64,000 nucleotides of DNA, taken from contig NC_134026.1 of NCBI RefSeq assembly GCF_964204645.1, forward strand, positions 2,503,950-2,567,949. Reading direction: 5' to 3'. Under the pieces are notes generated by a model that was not told where the DNA came from, ran no database searches, and saw only the letters and a program-made list of their open reading frames with translations. Shown here piece after piece: positions 31,024 to 43,610 of this stretch (position 1 is its first letter; every line of letters begins with the position of its first letter). The position numbers and the translations under genes were made by a program. This stretch comes from Tubulanus polymorphus. Its lineage: Eukaryota; Animalia; Nemertea.

Positions 31024-34000
31024 ATGGCTTCCGCATTAGAATGGGTTCCCGATTCGCTGTATAATACTGCCATTTCAACTGTTGTCGCTCACTATGCCAA
31101 GTTCAGAAAGGAGTTGAGGACATTGCCAGAAAATGTACAATTCGATATTTTCTACAAGGTCAGTCTTGTTTTCGATATTCACCCAGATATTTATTGATTT
31201 TCATTTCGTTACGTGTAACGTAAGCGAAACCAAGATTGATTTGTATTGAATTGAATTGTTATTTTATTTACATTTTGTTTATACGTGTTATTTTTTCAGT
31301 TGTACAATAAGGGTAGACTATGTCAGCTGGGTATGGAGTTCTCCGAACTGGACACATTTGCCAGAGTGCTTAAGGTTAATGATAAAAGGTAACAATGTCA
31401 TCCAAACAAACATTCTTTCTTTACTTTCTGTCGTCAGCTGGCAGCCTCAATTTGTTGATGAATTATACAGTTTTTGGGTGTGTGTGCAAAAAATAGATAT
31501 AGATATTTCGATGACCATTATTCTCCATCTATTCTATCATTTGACTCATAGCTAACCCTGTTAAGGTTAAGGCTACAATTCAAGTTAAATAGTTGGTGGT
31601 TGTATATACATCTTACATGCCGCTTGTGTCAATAGTTACAGCGCTCACCACCAGACACCAATGACAGAAAACTTGTTATCGTTTGACAAGAATCGCCTTG
31701 ATCAGCAATGAGTCTCCAAGACTCACAGCAAAAAAGTTGTAAATGTAGATGACAGTGGATAGAGTTAAATACCCATCGCATGTTGACTCTGAATTTCAGT
31801 GAATTTAGGATTGTGATGAATATCGATTATGAAGAATTGTTATTTTTCAGGGATTTGCTTCACCATTGTTTCCAAGCATTAATGGATCATATGGATCACG
31901 GAGTTGAAGTATCAACTTGCTTATCAGATTCTTATTCTCAACACTGCTGTGTGACTGATATTAAAAACAGACCTTCACTAGATAAAGCCATACAACTCGG
32001 TTTTATGCTCGGTAATTACGCTATGTTAATTTGATCAATCTGTAATGTAATGCATTTAATTCAATTTGGATTCAAATTTGAAGTTTTTGAAATGTTTTTA
32101 ATGCTGAATGGGGTCAAATATTTTTATCAACCCGCCTCAATTCAATGATTCTCTGCTATATTTGACTATAAAAGTTGCAATCATTTCCTCCTAAAGCGAA
32201 ATTATAACTCACAACTTTGTAAATGTATTTCAATCACAGCTGATAAGTTGGATGATTTTATATTGAAGGTGGTTTTCTCAGCGATGCTGGCTGGAATTAT
32301 GAAGCCGAGAGTGTAATGCATTCTTGTCTACAGATTTGTAAACAAGTCAATGAAGCTGAATATTGGTATAAAGCGTTTGAATGTTGTGTGAGGTATGTAT
32401 GAGTGATTGTCAATGTCATCTAGTTACACAGTTAGGTATCATCCCGGACTAACGCGCCGTATTTGTGCATCAAAAAATGATTTTAAGTTTCCATACTTGG
32501 GCCAGTTGCTCAAAGGTTGTTTAGAGTTAACCAGTGGATTGTTGACATAGTGACAATTGAAAGTTCATTGTTACTATGGTATTTATCCACTGGTTATCTT
32601 TAACCAACTTTTGAGCAACTGGGCCCTGATTTTAAATCCGCAAATGCCGAATAATTACTAATTAATCAATCGGTGAAACACGTTATCTATGTATTTCAGA
32701 TTGATGCATGTTCGTAATTTTAATTGTAAGTTCAGCGAGGCCGATGAAAGTTACGCGGAAGGGATTCGATTTCTTAATCGACTGAAAGATAAAGGTTTTA
32801 CCGTGAACAAAGCGAATTTATACTCGGAGCGTTGCGCGTTCCTATTTGCCAAAAGTCAGTATGATGAGGTATGTAAAGATTGTAGTAGTACAATCTATAG
32901 ACAATCAGTATTAAATCAATAACACCATTTTTTCATACGTTCATATCAACTGTAAGATTCGAATTGCGGCGTCAGGTTCCTACTAAACCCTGCCGAAGCC
33001 GAATACAGTAAACCTCGCCTAACTCTGACATACTGAGACAGGCAAAATTGGTCCGAAGTCTGAGTTAAGGATAGAAAGATATGTTAGGAAGTTACGAGTC
33101 TGGGTATATCCGAGTAAATTGATGTTTACTGTATAAATTCTGGTTCATTGATCATGCTTTCAGGCATACAGATATTGCTGTTTCGCATTAAAAGAACTGA
33201 CCGATGTGCTTCCATCAAAGGTATGAGATGCTGTTCAAAATTTCTGTTTATTTTCTGATGAATGAATGAAATGAATATCCGATTATTTTCATTTTATTCA
33301 GACTCAGATCGATGTTTTTCGTCAATGTGGTAAAGTAAGTTCTGTTCGCTATAAATTCATAAATGATTATTATACAAAATGTTCATTCATAGACCGCGTG
33401 AATAAATGCTTATTTCATTCTTCAGGTATGTGTGGTAAAACGACATTTCAAGAAGGCTGAATTGTTGATTCGACATGCTGTACAAATAGCCAGGTAAAAC
33501 CCTGTCCCAGTAACATAGTCATGTGAAGTTTATCCAGCTTTCGTCATCAGAAATGTTTGTCTTTCTTTCCAGAGAAAAATTTGGTCCAAAGCACCATAAA
33601 TATGCGGATACGTTATTAGATTATGGGTTTTATTTGCTCAATGTTGACTCGATAACAAAAGCCGTAAAAGTTTATCAGGTAGCATGAATTTTAAGTTAAT
33701 GAGTTTTGCGGTTGAATTGCTATGTTATTTCACTCATGCACATTCAAAGTTCAAAATTCAACCTTTATACTTGTTTTAGAATTGAATGAATTGTCATCCC
33801 TCACCTTTCCAGATGGCTCTAGCTATTCGACAAGGTGTTTTTGGTGGAAATAATCTCCTCGTAGCCATGGCTCATGAAGATTTGGCTTATTCTTCCTACG
33901 TTAGCGAATACAGTTCGGGGAGATTTTCTGATGCGCGGTAATTACTGTCGCAAATAATTAGAAATCTTAAGTAGTATCATAAAGCTTTGTGTAAAAATAA

Positions 34001-35100
34001 ATGATACCCGATTTTATCTTCAGAGAGCATGCGGAAAGAGCTATTGAAATCATCTTGCACATACTACCCGAAGATCACCTTTTATCCGCCTCTTCGAAAC
34101 GTGTTAAAGGTAAAAAATACCCGTAAGAAATCCTAATTTATCGAAAGAATCAACTTTAATTATATTGCAATTGTAATTTCAGCTCTGATTTTGGAAGAGG
34201 TCGCCATTGATAGCACGAACAAAGAATTGGAAGATAGTCTACTACACGAGGCCCAGGATTTACATCTGGCATCTCTCGCTTTAGCGAAGAAAGCTTTTGG
34301 AGAGAATAACGTTCAAACTGCCAAACACTACGGCAATCTAGGTCGGCTTTATCAATCGATGCATAGATATAAGGTAAGGTAAATTAAGATCAACCAAAAA
34401 CGGAAATTTGATTCACATTTCCCGTCTTAATATCGTTTTAATTACATGCTTTTTAGGAAGCCGAAACTATGCATCTAAAAGCAATAGAAATCAAGGAAAA
34501 TTTACTTGGTAAAGAGGATTATGAGGTGGCTCTCTCGGTCGGTCATCTCGCATCTTTATATAACTACGACATACGCAATTATGTCGAAGCTGAAAAATTA
34601 TACCTTCGATCAATAAGTATCGGTACGTTTGAGTTTGTTGAAATAACAGGGTTCTCCAAAGTGTTAGAAGAATTTGGTAGTTAACTTTTCATGATAATTT
34701 TAAATAAAGTGCTTAAGAAGTGCTTATTTCTGACTTTTGGTGACAAAAGTACTTGCATTTGCCTCAGCTTTACTACGATGAATCGTGACAGGCAAATTGT
34801 AGAGTAATTATGTTGGTGAAAACAATCACAACGTTTGTTTGTTTATTAATTTCAGGAAAAAAACTGTTCGGTCCCGGTTATAGCGGATTGGAATACGACT
34901 ATCGCGGACTGTTGCGTTTATATCACAGCATCGAAGACAATCAAAAAGCTATGGAATATACTGTGATACTGCATCAATGGAATCAACTAAGAGACAGGAA
35001 CAATCTAGAAAACTCAAAACCTCTCGAATTAGAATCAACGATCATCGACAATTTAAGCGAAGTGATCGATACTTTTTTTGTGATGGAACCGGTTTCTTGA
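31024..35100 (+). CDS. APPBP2: Amyloid protein-binding protein 2 (PAT1), TPR-repeat CRL2 substrate receptor, multi-exon
   Basis: Start MASALEWVPDSLYNTAIS, plus FGENNVQTAKHYGNLGRLYQSM, EDYEVALSVGHLASLYNYD and LFGPGYSGLEYDYRGL, all matching APPBP2 as I recall it. Confidence 0.95.
32498..32627. mobile_element. Palindromic MITE in an APPBP2 intron
   Basis: ccagttgctcaaa...taaccagtggat / atccactggtta...tttgagcaactgg foldback. Confidence 0.8.
33004..33133. mobile_element. Tc1/mariner-type MITE in an APPBP2 intron
   Basis: ta-cagtaaac ... gtttactg-ta termini with TA duplication. Confidence 0.7.
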
Positions 35101-36239
35101 GAGATATGGGAATCTATCTCGTGTTAAGTCTTTCGTTGATGGTGCATATGGAATCTATTGTATATTATTTATTAAGAGGTGGTGAAATCTATGTGGATGA
35201 ATGGAAGTACCGCTTGTGCTTAGGAGTCAATTGTATAATTACTTATGATTATGGAAATTAAGCGCTCTTACATTAACAAGTTCAGTTAATTCTTTGTACT
35301 GCGATAGTTCATTATATTAATGAATGATATTGTGTAAATTTTCTTATAATGGAACTAGCTTAAATCAAGTCTCAGGTTCAGATAAAAGGGAAAGAAGTTA
35401 AGTTAAAAATACATGTACTTACACGGTGTATTGTGGAGTGGTGTTTTGATTGTTATGCGATGCTGTCGTACTCGAGAAATACTTTGTGTTTTCTTTCACT
35501 CGGTGAAAGCAACCGAGGCTAACAGTAAAATGTTTGAACGTCAACTCTGGTGCCAAATTATAACGATTTTGTGTACAACATTGAATGATGCGATGAATGT
35601 ATTGAATTAATGTGTGTAGAATCATTATTCATATGTATATTAGATACACTCATCTCCATGTTTGTGAAGTTGATTGACTTAAGCTTAATGTGTTTACTAT
35701 ACATGTATACATATTTGATCTGTGCTAAGATATGCAGACGCATGTATATATTGTACAAACTGCTTTCAGAGAGGAATAAACTCCCTCATACAATTCCACT
35801 ACGGTGTACATTATACATAGGACTTACACATTGAATGTCTGTTTTAAAGGCTTATTATCGTGTGAATGTATTGCAATGTATATAAAAGTCTATTGGCTAA
35901 TTAAATTAAAGCAAAACTGTATGTTAATATAAAAATCTTTCTGTTCATGTTGAATGTAGTCCAACGGATATACGAGGTGCGGGATAAAAGACCAGTTGCT
36001 GAGTTGAGACAAGTTCCAGTCGACCTAATATATACTAAGTGATCGCTTCATTCTATGAGTTGTACAACAGATGCGATGTAAAAACGGGTCATCAGATATG
36101 GGGTGAAGAAGTAACCATCCAAGTCTTGTCAAGTCCGACAAATGTGAATAATACGTGAAGATCTGGGGTTCTGTCCTCGAGGGGGGAAACTTCAATAGAA
36201 AGTAAAACAACAGATTCCATGTTACTTAAACTAAAATAT

Positions 36240-37690
36240 CTATTGTCGGCTTGTATCTTTACATCTAATGATCTCTACATCATCTTCATACACAGGAATA
36301 TCGCAATTATTCCAAAACTGTTCATTTATATCTTCACTTGATACAGAGAATGTCTGAATGGAAGTGTTACAAAACATACTTTCAATATCAGCGGATACAC
36401 TAATCGGGTGTTCGCACAATCGAGGCAGTATCTTGTATTATACATTAAGGAACAAACGAGAAGTTTGTTATAATGAAATTGTACTCAGAAAAATAACATT
36501 GACAAGGATACATTATTAATATATTTGTACTGGGTTTCCATTACTTTGTCGAGTAATCTGGAAATATGAAGACAGCTTCAGCCATAAAATAATCTATAAA
36601 GCTCATAGTTTCAGGTAATGAATTGAGAGACTAGATACAAATGAACTGCGGGTAAGATTTCAGATTTCTAATTGGTTTTACTCACCTGGATTTCATTTCA
36701 CTAAAACTATTACCGATAATTGATATTTCTTGGAGTTTTTCACGAGACCAGTTCGCCCATAGTAAATTATTGTACAAAGCCTTTCCACAATGAGGCATAT
36801 AAAACACAGTTGGTCCAGATACCAAATGCTTCCCTTCCTTAGAAATATGTAAAAACAAATAATAAATTGTGTCATGTTCCCTGTTATATTTACTTTTAAA
36901 GAAAAGCACAAAGGCCTACGTACTTCATTCTTGTCCTCGATGGAAAATTCTATTTCTTTCAGGATGTTCAGCTCATTTGAAGTAAACATAGGGTCGAAGC
37001 ATACACAATTTGATTTTGGAATCTGAAGAAAATGCATCAGAATAAATTTCATTCATAAGGAAACTTAACTCAATTGGAAGTTGTTAAGAAGTCTTGAATG
37101 AAGGTATCTACCTGCAGTTTTTCTGTGATAAGATATAAAACCATCAATTGGTATCTGGCAGTGATACATGTAACAAATTGCCCTAAACCATAACAGACAA
37201 TTTTCAGTTTGTGACATTCCCCTGGTCTCCAACATCGCAATTCACCTGAAACAAAAAACAATACAGATGATTTATATTCAATTTCTAAGACCAATGAATT
37301 TGACAATTTGTCTTATTTTTACCTGCAATGGATTCCGCAATATCAATGACTGATGGCTCATTTCTACAAAAACAGAAATATATAATTCATTGTGTATCAA
37401 ATACCAACACTAGGCTGATAAAGGTGAAAACGAAACAAAAATGGTGACAAGAGGGATAGAGTCTATAAGAATTGCCAATTGGACATGCTTAAGGTTAAAA
37501 GTGGATAATGACATTGACACTGACAGACTGTTTTGGTATCTAACCTTATTGCTCGAAAACGATGCTCGATATCTGAATAACTAACTACACCAGCAGTTAA
37601 TGGGTCTGATTTTAAATCTGAGATAGTTGTGCATCTTTGATCCCTCTTGTTCTTCTTATGTTTAACAACTTTAAACTCCGATTCCAGCAT
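36240..37690 (-). CDS. SRRD: SRR1-like domain protein, multi-exon with one U12-type intron
   Basis: IVCYGLGQF...[34 protein letters not shown] and IIGNSF are SRR1-domain motifs; last exon ends DTSRQ*. Confidence 0.9.
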
Positions 37691-37895
37691 GATTTTTTTA
37701 AGTTTTGACAGTCGAAAAACAAAATTGTAGGGTGACGACTGTACTAATTCATGCAAAATTTAAGTTCGAATCCCACTACTATAACCGTGTCCTCACTCGC
37801 CAGAGTTGGTACCCTCACTCACCAGAGGTAGTTCTGGGAATATATCGTAAAAGGTTAAGGAACTGTCATTAATTAGTCTGATTATAGGTACGAAC
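37691..37895. promoter_or_regulatory. Bidirectional promoter SRRD/MMAB
   Basis: Divergent start codons only 205 bp apart; tandem cctcactc(g/a)ccagag repeat and a B-box-like word at 37764. Confidence 0.75.
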
Positions 37896-39279
37896 ATGCT
37901 TGCCCTACGAAATTTAAGACAGTTTATTCCCGTCCGACATATTTATATTTCAAGGTATTGTGTGAGTGTGATATGAAGAACAATGCGCATTTTAGAGCGA
38001 TATAATCAAACAAGTCCAATTCCAATAGCCGATTATATTCACCATTTTTGTAAATGTCAAAAGAAAAATTTCTATTGTAGAATTTCTGCCGCTGCAAACG
38101 TGAAAATGCCAAAAATATACACTAAAACTGGTGATAAAGGTAAGAAAATGACGATGAAGTACCAGGGAAGTTAGCTTAGGGCTTGCTTCCATCTTGTCCT
38201 GACACATTGCCATCGCATATTGGTGTTGAATCCAATTTTTTTCGTTTCAGGTTCTTCATCTTTGTTCACCGGTGAAAGAAGGGCTAAAGATGATTTGATA
38301 TTTGAAGCCTTAGGAACCAATGATGAATTGAGTTCTGCTATTGGTTTTGCTGGAGAGTTATGTTCAGACGCCGGACACCAGGATTCTGTGAACACACAAT
38401 TAGAAATGGTCCGAATCTTAGGCATAAATATTTTCTACCTTTAATTTTGTGAAAATCTCGAAATTTAGAATATTCGATTTGGACATCCTGAAATTTTCCC
38501 TTCAGATTCAATCAGTTTTGCAAGACATTGGATCCCATATTGCGACCCCGAAATCTTCTGCTCGCGAGTCACACTTAAGTACATTGCATTTCAATCGAAA
38601 TCTGACAAGTTTTGTCTATTTTTTGTTGATCCTCTTATTGCTGTGAAATTCGATTTCTTTTCTAGAGAAAACGCACTTTAATCCGGAAAATATTAAAGAT
38701 TTAGAAACTTGGATTGATGAATACACGGAAAAACTGCCACCTCTGAAAAACTTCATATTACCAGTAGGTATTTAAATGGTTGCTTTGAATATGACAGTGA
38801 CAGTAATGAAAATCATCTTGAAAATCATGATTGAATAATTGTTCAATGAATTCATGTTCACAGTCTGGAGGTAAAGCCAGTGCTGCGCTACATGTCGCTC
38901 GTGGAGTTTGTAGAAGAACAGAAAGAAGGTAAATAAGACTCCTTCAGCTCTCCCTGTCACACAGTTTACTTACTAATGGCTTTCACCATTTTTCGAGACT
39001 TCAGAAATTTCTCTCTTCTTTTCCAGAGTTGTGCCTTTGTCAAAAATGGATGAAATGGATTCTGCTCCGGTTAAATATCTGAATAGGTAAATTGGATCTG
39101 AACGAAAAACAGTCATTTTCATGATTTCATTTAAACAATATCTACGTATATTTTTCAGATTGAGCGACTATTTATTTACTTTAGCGAGATACTTAGCCAT
39201 GAAAGAAGGTAAACAAGAGAAGATTTATCGTCGGGTTCATCCGGAACAAACAGAAAATACAACAGAAGCAGCTACTTGA
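37896..39279 (+). CDS. MMAB: Mitochondrial cob(I)alamin adenosyltransferase (PduO type)
   Basis: Exon 1 (37896-37954) [20 protein letters not shown] looks like a mitochondrial presequence and splices in phase 2 to ...[11 protein letters not shown]. Also [55 protein letters not shown]. Confidence 0.95.
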
Positions 39280-39547
39280 TTAATACAACAAATTCATTTA
39301 TTTGATAACTCTATTTGAATAAGATGAATTTCTGATTCATTGAGTTTTACTTCAAATAGATTGGCATACAACATATACCTTGTATTTCTAGTCTTTCAAA
39401 CAGATTTTATCCCCTATTTGCTTTGAATATTGTTACAGCGCTCGTTGCTAGCACTTTTTGATCTGATGAAGCTTATTTTTGTAAATTGGAAAATAAACAA
39501 ATGCTTTTAGTACATTCAAATACTACTCGATTCGGATTTGCTCTTGT

Positions 39548-41453
39548 TTAAGCATCTGATGAGTTCGGTGAATTTTCTTCGGAGACTTTGGTCTGTTCAT
39601 CTTTCCTTTCTTCCGACATACAGGCAATAAATTCTGAAACAGTTGAAATCGAGCCTCATTGACTGAAGGGAAGAAACGACAGTTAGACACCCAATTTGAA
39701 AACATCGCAAATCGAATGATATGATAGTCGCCGCTGATGGAGAGAGACGATGAACTGAAGCTACAGTGCCTGACGCAACATTCATGCATTACCCCCCAGG
39801 ATAGATTTGATACATGTATCATTCACGTCCGGCACCTACCTTCGAAGTCAATTCTACCGTCACCATCGATATCAACTTCAGCGATCATTTCGTCCACTAA
39901 AAAATGAATCGTCTAGTTAAGCCCCTTGTGTAGAAAATGGTCCAAAACATGAATTCGGCTTAAAAAGTTTGTATGATCAAATCATTCCTTGAGATTTTCA
40001 GCAACTTCGGGCCTCTAACGTTTCGATAAAATGCTGAGCTTTCGAACTTTTAAATCAACTGAGCTGATGAAATCTCTAATCTGATCTAATGCCAGTGAAT
40101 AGTTCTGAGAATTACTTACGTTCAGATTCTGTGAGATCTTCACCCATCGATTGTAAAACATATCTGAGATCTGAGGCTGTAATGAACCCACAACCGCTCT
40201 TGTCAAACACCTGAAAGCAATCCCGAATTAGTGGGGCAAAAATAGTCACAAAATAAAACAAATCAGTCATGCTCTTCTTTTTTTATTGGTGAATCTATAG
40301 AACAGGCTGAAATTTGTTCGCAAAAACTATGAAGCCAAAATTCTTATCTCAACGAACACGAACTTTTATTATGGTTTTTGGAAGTTCGTATATCTTGCCT
40401 TAAATGCTTCTCGGAGTTCCTCAACTTCATCTTCTTCGTTATGCTCTTCCGATAATCCACCCATATTAGCCATTACTTGAACAAACTCCTCAAAGCTGAA
40501 CTTACCATCTCCTAAAAGTACCAGAAAACCTATTCTTCAAAATATTTCCTATCAACTTATTATGATAACGTTGGTATGTGGATGGACTTGTATCGTGTCT
40601 ATCTTTGATCTGAATTCGGGATTTGCCTGGGTAATTTTTTCGATCACTTAATGAATGACATCCCACTTCATCCTTGCCAGATTAGAGATTATCTAATCAT
40701 GTTTTGAAAGATAGTAGTTAAACGGGATTTCGACTGTACCAACGAAGAATTCTTTACCATTTATATCCACCTCGCTGAGCAATTGCTCAAGTTCGTCTGC
40801 TGATGGGAACTGTCCTAAATTTCTCATCACCGTTCCAAGTTCCGATGAAGTTATACTGCCGTCCCCATCCTTATCAAAAAGTCTAAATGCTTCTTTTAAT
40901 TCTGTAAAAATGATTTCGATATTAAACTGAGACCAGTCTTATTTTTTTTCATTTACCACTGATCTCGTCGAATGATTTGCGTTGCGTTAAATACTCTTTC
41001 TTTCAAATGCGGAAAAAAATTACCTCGAATTTGAGATTCCGTATATCGCTGATAGATACTGTCTGTCTGTAGATTGGATTAAATCATACAAGTTACTAGA
41101 ACGATAACCACACTCAAACGAGGTGAACGGATAATAAGATAAAATCCCACTATTTACAGATTAAAAGAATTTAAAAACCAGAATTTATTTATTCAATCAA
41201 AAATATATAAAAGACACGACGTTTCGATCCCACCGTAGAGATCATCGTCAGGTTTGAATAAATAAATTCTGGTTTTTAAATTCTTTTAATCTGTAAATAG
41301 TTGGATTTTATCTTATCATACAAGTTACTATTGGAAAAACAACTACAGCACGGTAATCAACTTGATCGATGAAATAATAGGCCACAACACCAACACGACA
41401 ATGGCATGAAACTAATTATGGCCTACAATAACATCACCATAGTTTACTTTCAT
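39548..41453 (-). CDS. Calmodulin-like 4-EF-hand protein (not canonical calmodulin); first exon tentative
   Basis: [31 protein letters not shown]...[13 protein letters not shown]...[23 protein letters not shown]...[13 protein letters not shown]. One GC-AG intron (donor at 40398). Start ATG AAA|gtaaac at 41453 is inferred from phase. Confidence 0.88.
41099..41316 (-). mobile_element. Penelope-like retroelement remnant (inverted pseudo-LTR)
   Basis: 63-bp inverted repeats (41134-41196 / 41254-41316, one mismatch), a 16-bp flanking direct repeat atcatacaagttacta (41083, 41315) and a hammerhead core in the spacer. Confidence 0.75.
41212..41255 (-). ncRNA. Minimal type I hammerhead ribozyme motif (Penelope type), helix I incomplete
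   Basis: Minus strand reads C CUGACGA U GAUCUC UACGGU GGGAUC GAAA C GUC GUGUC: conserved core boxes, 6-bp helix II and a GUC cleavage triplet. Confidence 0.7.
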
Positions 41454-43610
41454 TTTCAGATATCATAATTGAGCCTTTTTATTTAGCTTATTTTGAATAT
41501 CTTTTCAACAACGCTGCATTTAAAGCAATATCTACAGATCATATAATATCATTTTACTTACCATCATTACTTGCTGCGTATGGATGTTATCAGTGGGGAG
41601 ACTAATCCTTTTATATTGAGATGCGGAAAGGAAGATGCCAAGTTCTATCCTGTCGCTTGCAAATCGATGCCTAATGAAAAGATACGTATCGCGTCTCCAG
41701 TCAGGGGTTGGTTGGTATATACCGGTAGATAGACTTGAAATATTCAATTATAACTCGATATCTGTTAATATGTAAGCTTATTTGACGTTGCGAACGATTC
41801 GCAATTACGAGTGTGAAATTGGACAGAATACTCTTACACATCATTAACGTCACAGCCAGACCAAACGTCTTATAACTATTAATATACGTATTAGACTCGT
41901 CTACGTAATCTACGTCCGCGCGCAAGCTGTGCTAAAACATTAGTTCTAGTCAATTAATTAGAGACGAGATGTTCCGTTTTATGATGTGCTATCTTCAGTG
42001 TTTCGGAACGGGGAAGTGCTGCACGTAAATCACACATAACCGAAGGAAAAAAAACAACGATGATTTCATCACAACTACACTGAATTTATTATTTTCTATC
42101 TAATGTATATAATATGTACACATACAATAAATCATAAAATTTCTAACGTATAATTCCAGGCCGAATAAAGAAGTATAAAAAGAAGATCAACTTCCACAAA
42201 AAAAGATTCTAAATACAAACAAACTCGTGTTTCTTTGAGAAAATAACTCGGAAGTGAACGTTTGTAAAAAGAACAATTGAATCGGTTTGTAAAATCGTAA
42301 AAATAAAATCTCACAGCTGGTTGATTGAAAATACAATTGATAAGTACAGTGTGCATCATAAATTATTGAAAATCTATTGTAAATATTTTCACCTATTTTC
42401 CTACTGAAATAATAGTTAACTTTGATCAATAAGTACTTTATATTCGATATATACATTACAAGCAAAAACAGATGATCGTCTTAATTTTTGTCCTTACATT
42501 TAGAAGTTCAGTTACAATGAGATTCATTTTGAAATGCTTTGTTTCGATAATTCTGATTAACTTTGCTCAGCTACAAATATGATTACGTAGAGAGTAGAGA
42601 AAGCATTTACTCTCACAATATGATTACAAGACATGTATTTACAATATAAAACAATACTTCATTTTTTAAAATTAGGTTTAATTGTTAAATTTCTTAGAAA
42701 ATATTTTTTCAACGTTTTCTCACGAAATGCAAACATTTTTCCTGTGACACAGCTTAAATTTTTTCAAAAACATTTGTCGAAATTTAAGAAACAAGACTCT
42801 AGAGGAAACAACAATCAGACATCAAACATTTCGGAGCCTAGAGAATGTACAAGTTGAGGCTAAACTCAAATTTGTTCAGTGAAATACTAACCTAGGTGAA
42901 ATAGAATATTCTTATCGATTTTTTGAATACTGTTCACAAATTTCGATGATTCACAGCCTTTTAAAAGTTTCGGTGAATAAAATATAGCATTTTCAAATAC
43001 ACATTACGGTGGGAGACGACACTGCTTAACTTTAATACATTTTGCGTAATCAGCAATTTAGTCAATGTTTCTGCCTCTAATCGACAGACGCTTTTACAAA
43101 TTCTTCCGTCCACAAAGATTTCTGTCGTACAACAAATGTTGCGCCTACATCAGCGAAGATGAAGCCACATTTAAAGCACCAGATAATAACCATTTGATTA
43201 TAAGTCTAAGCTACTCAACATAAAGCTATAAATATCAAGATTCCCTCCTCATTGATGTATTGCATTCACTCTCATACGACACGCAGATCTGTCTTCCTGA
43301 AAAATTTAAAACGTTGGAAATCAATACCCATTCACATTGACCGATCCTCTTGACTGTCGAATTAGAATTATTGATTAGATTTTATCCTTGAATTATTGAA
43401 GAGGATTGGCCACTTGTTAAATTTGTGTTGTTTCGATTCATTTTCAGTTGTTAACTTTAATTTATAGCTACTGTTGAATTGACACCAAGGCGATTTACAA
43501 TTCCTACTGGACACAATGAAACCTATCAGAGAAGTGTCCTCAACTTATAGTTCTCAGAAAGGGTCGGCGTATTGCACTAGAGACAACGCACCTCTCAAGA
43601 GATAATCAGT

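Noticed and set aside
37983-38105. ORF-track N-terminus of MMAB (MRILERY...)
   Set aside because: Mostly intron 1. An upstream exon at 37896 gives a better presequence with compatible phase.
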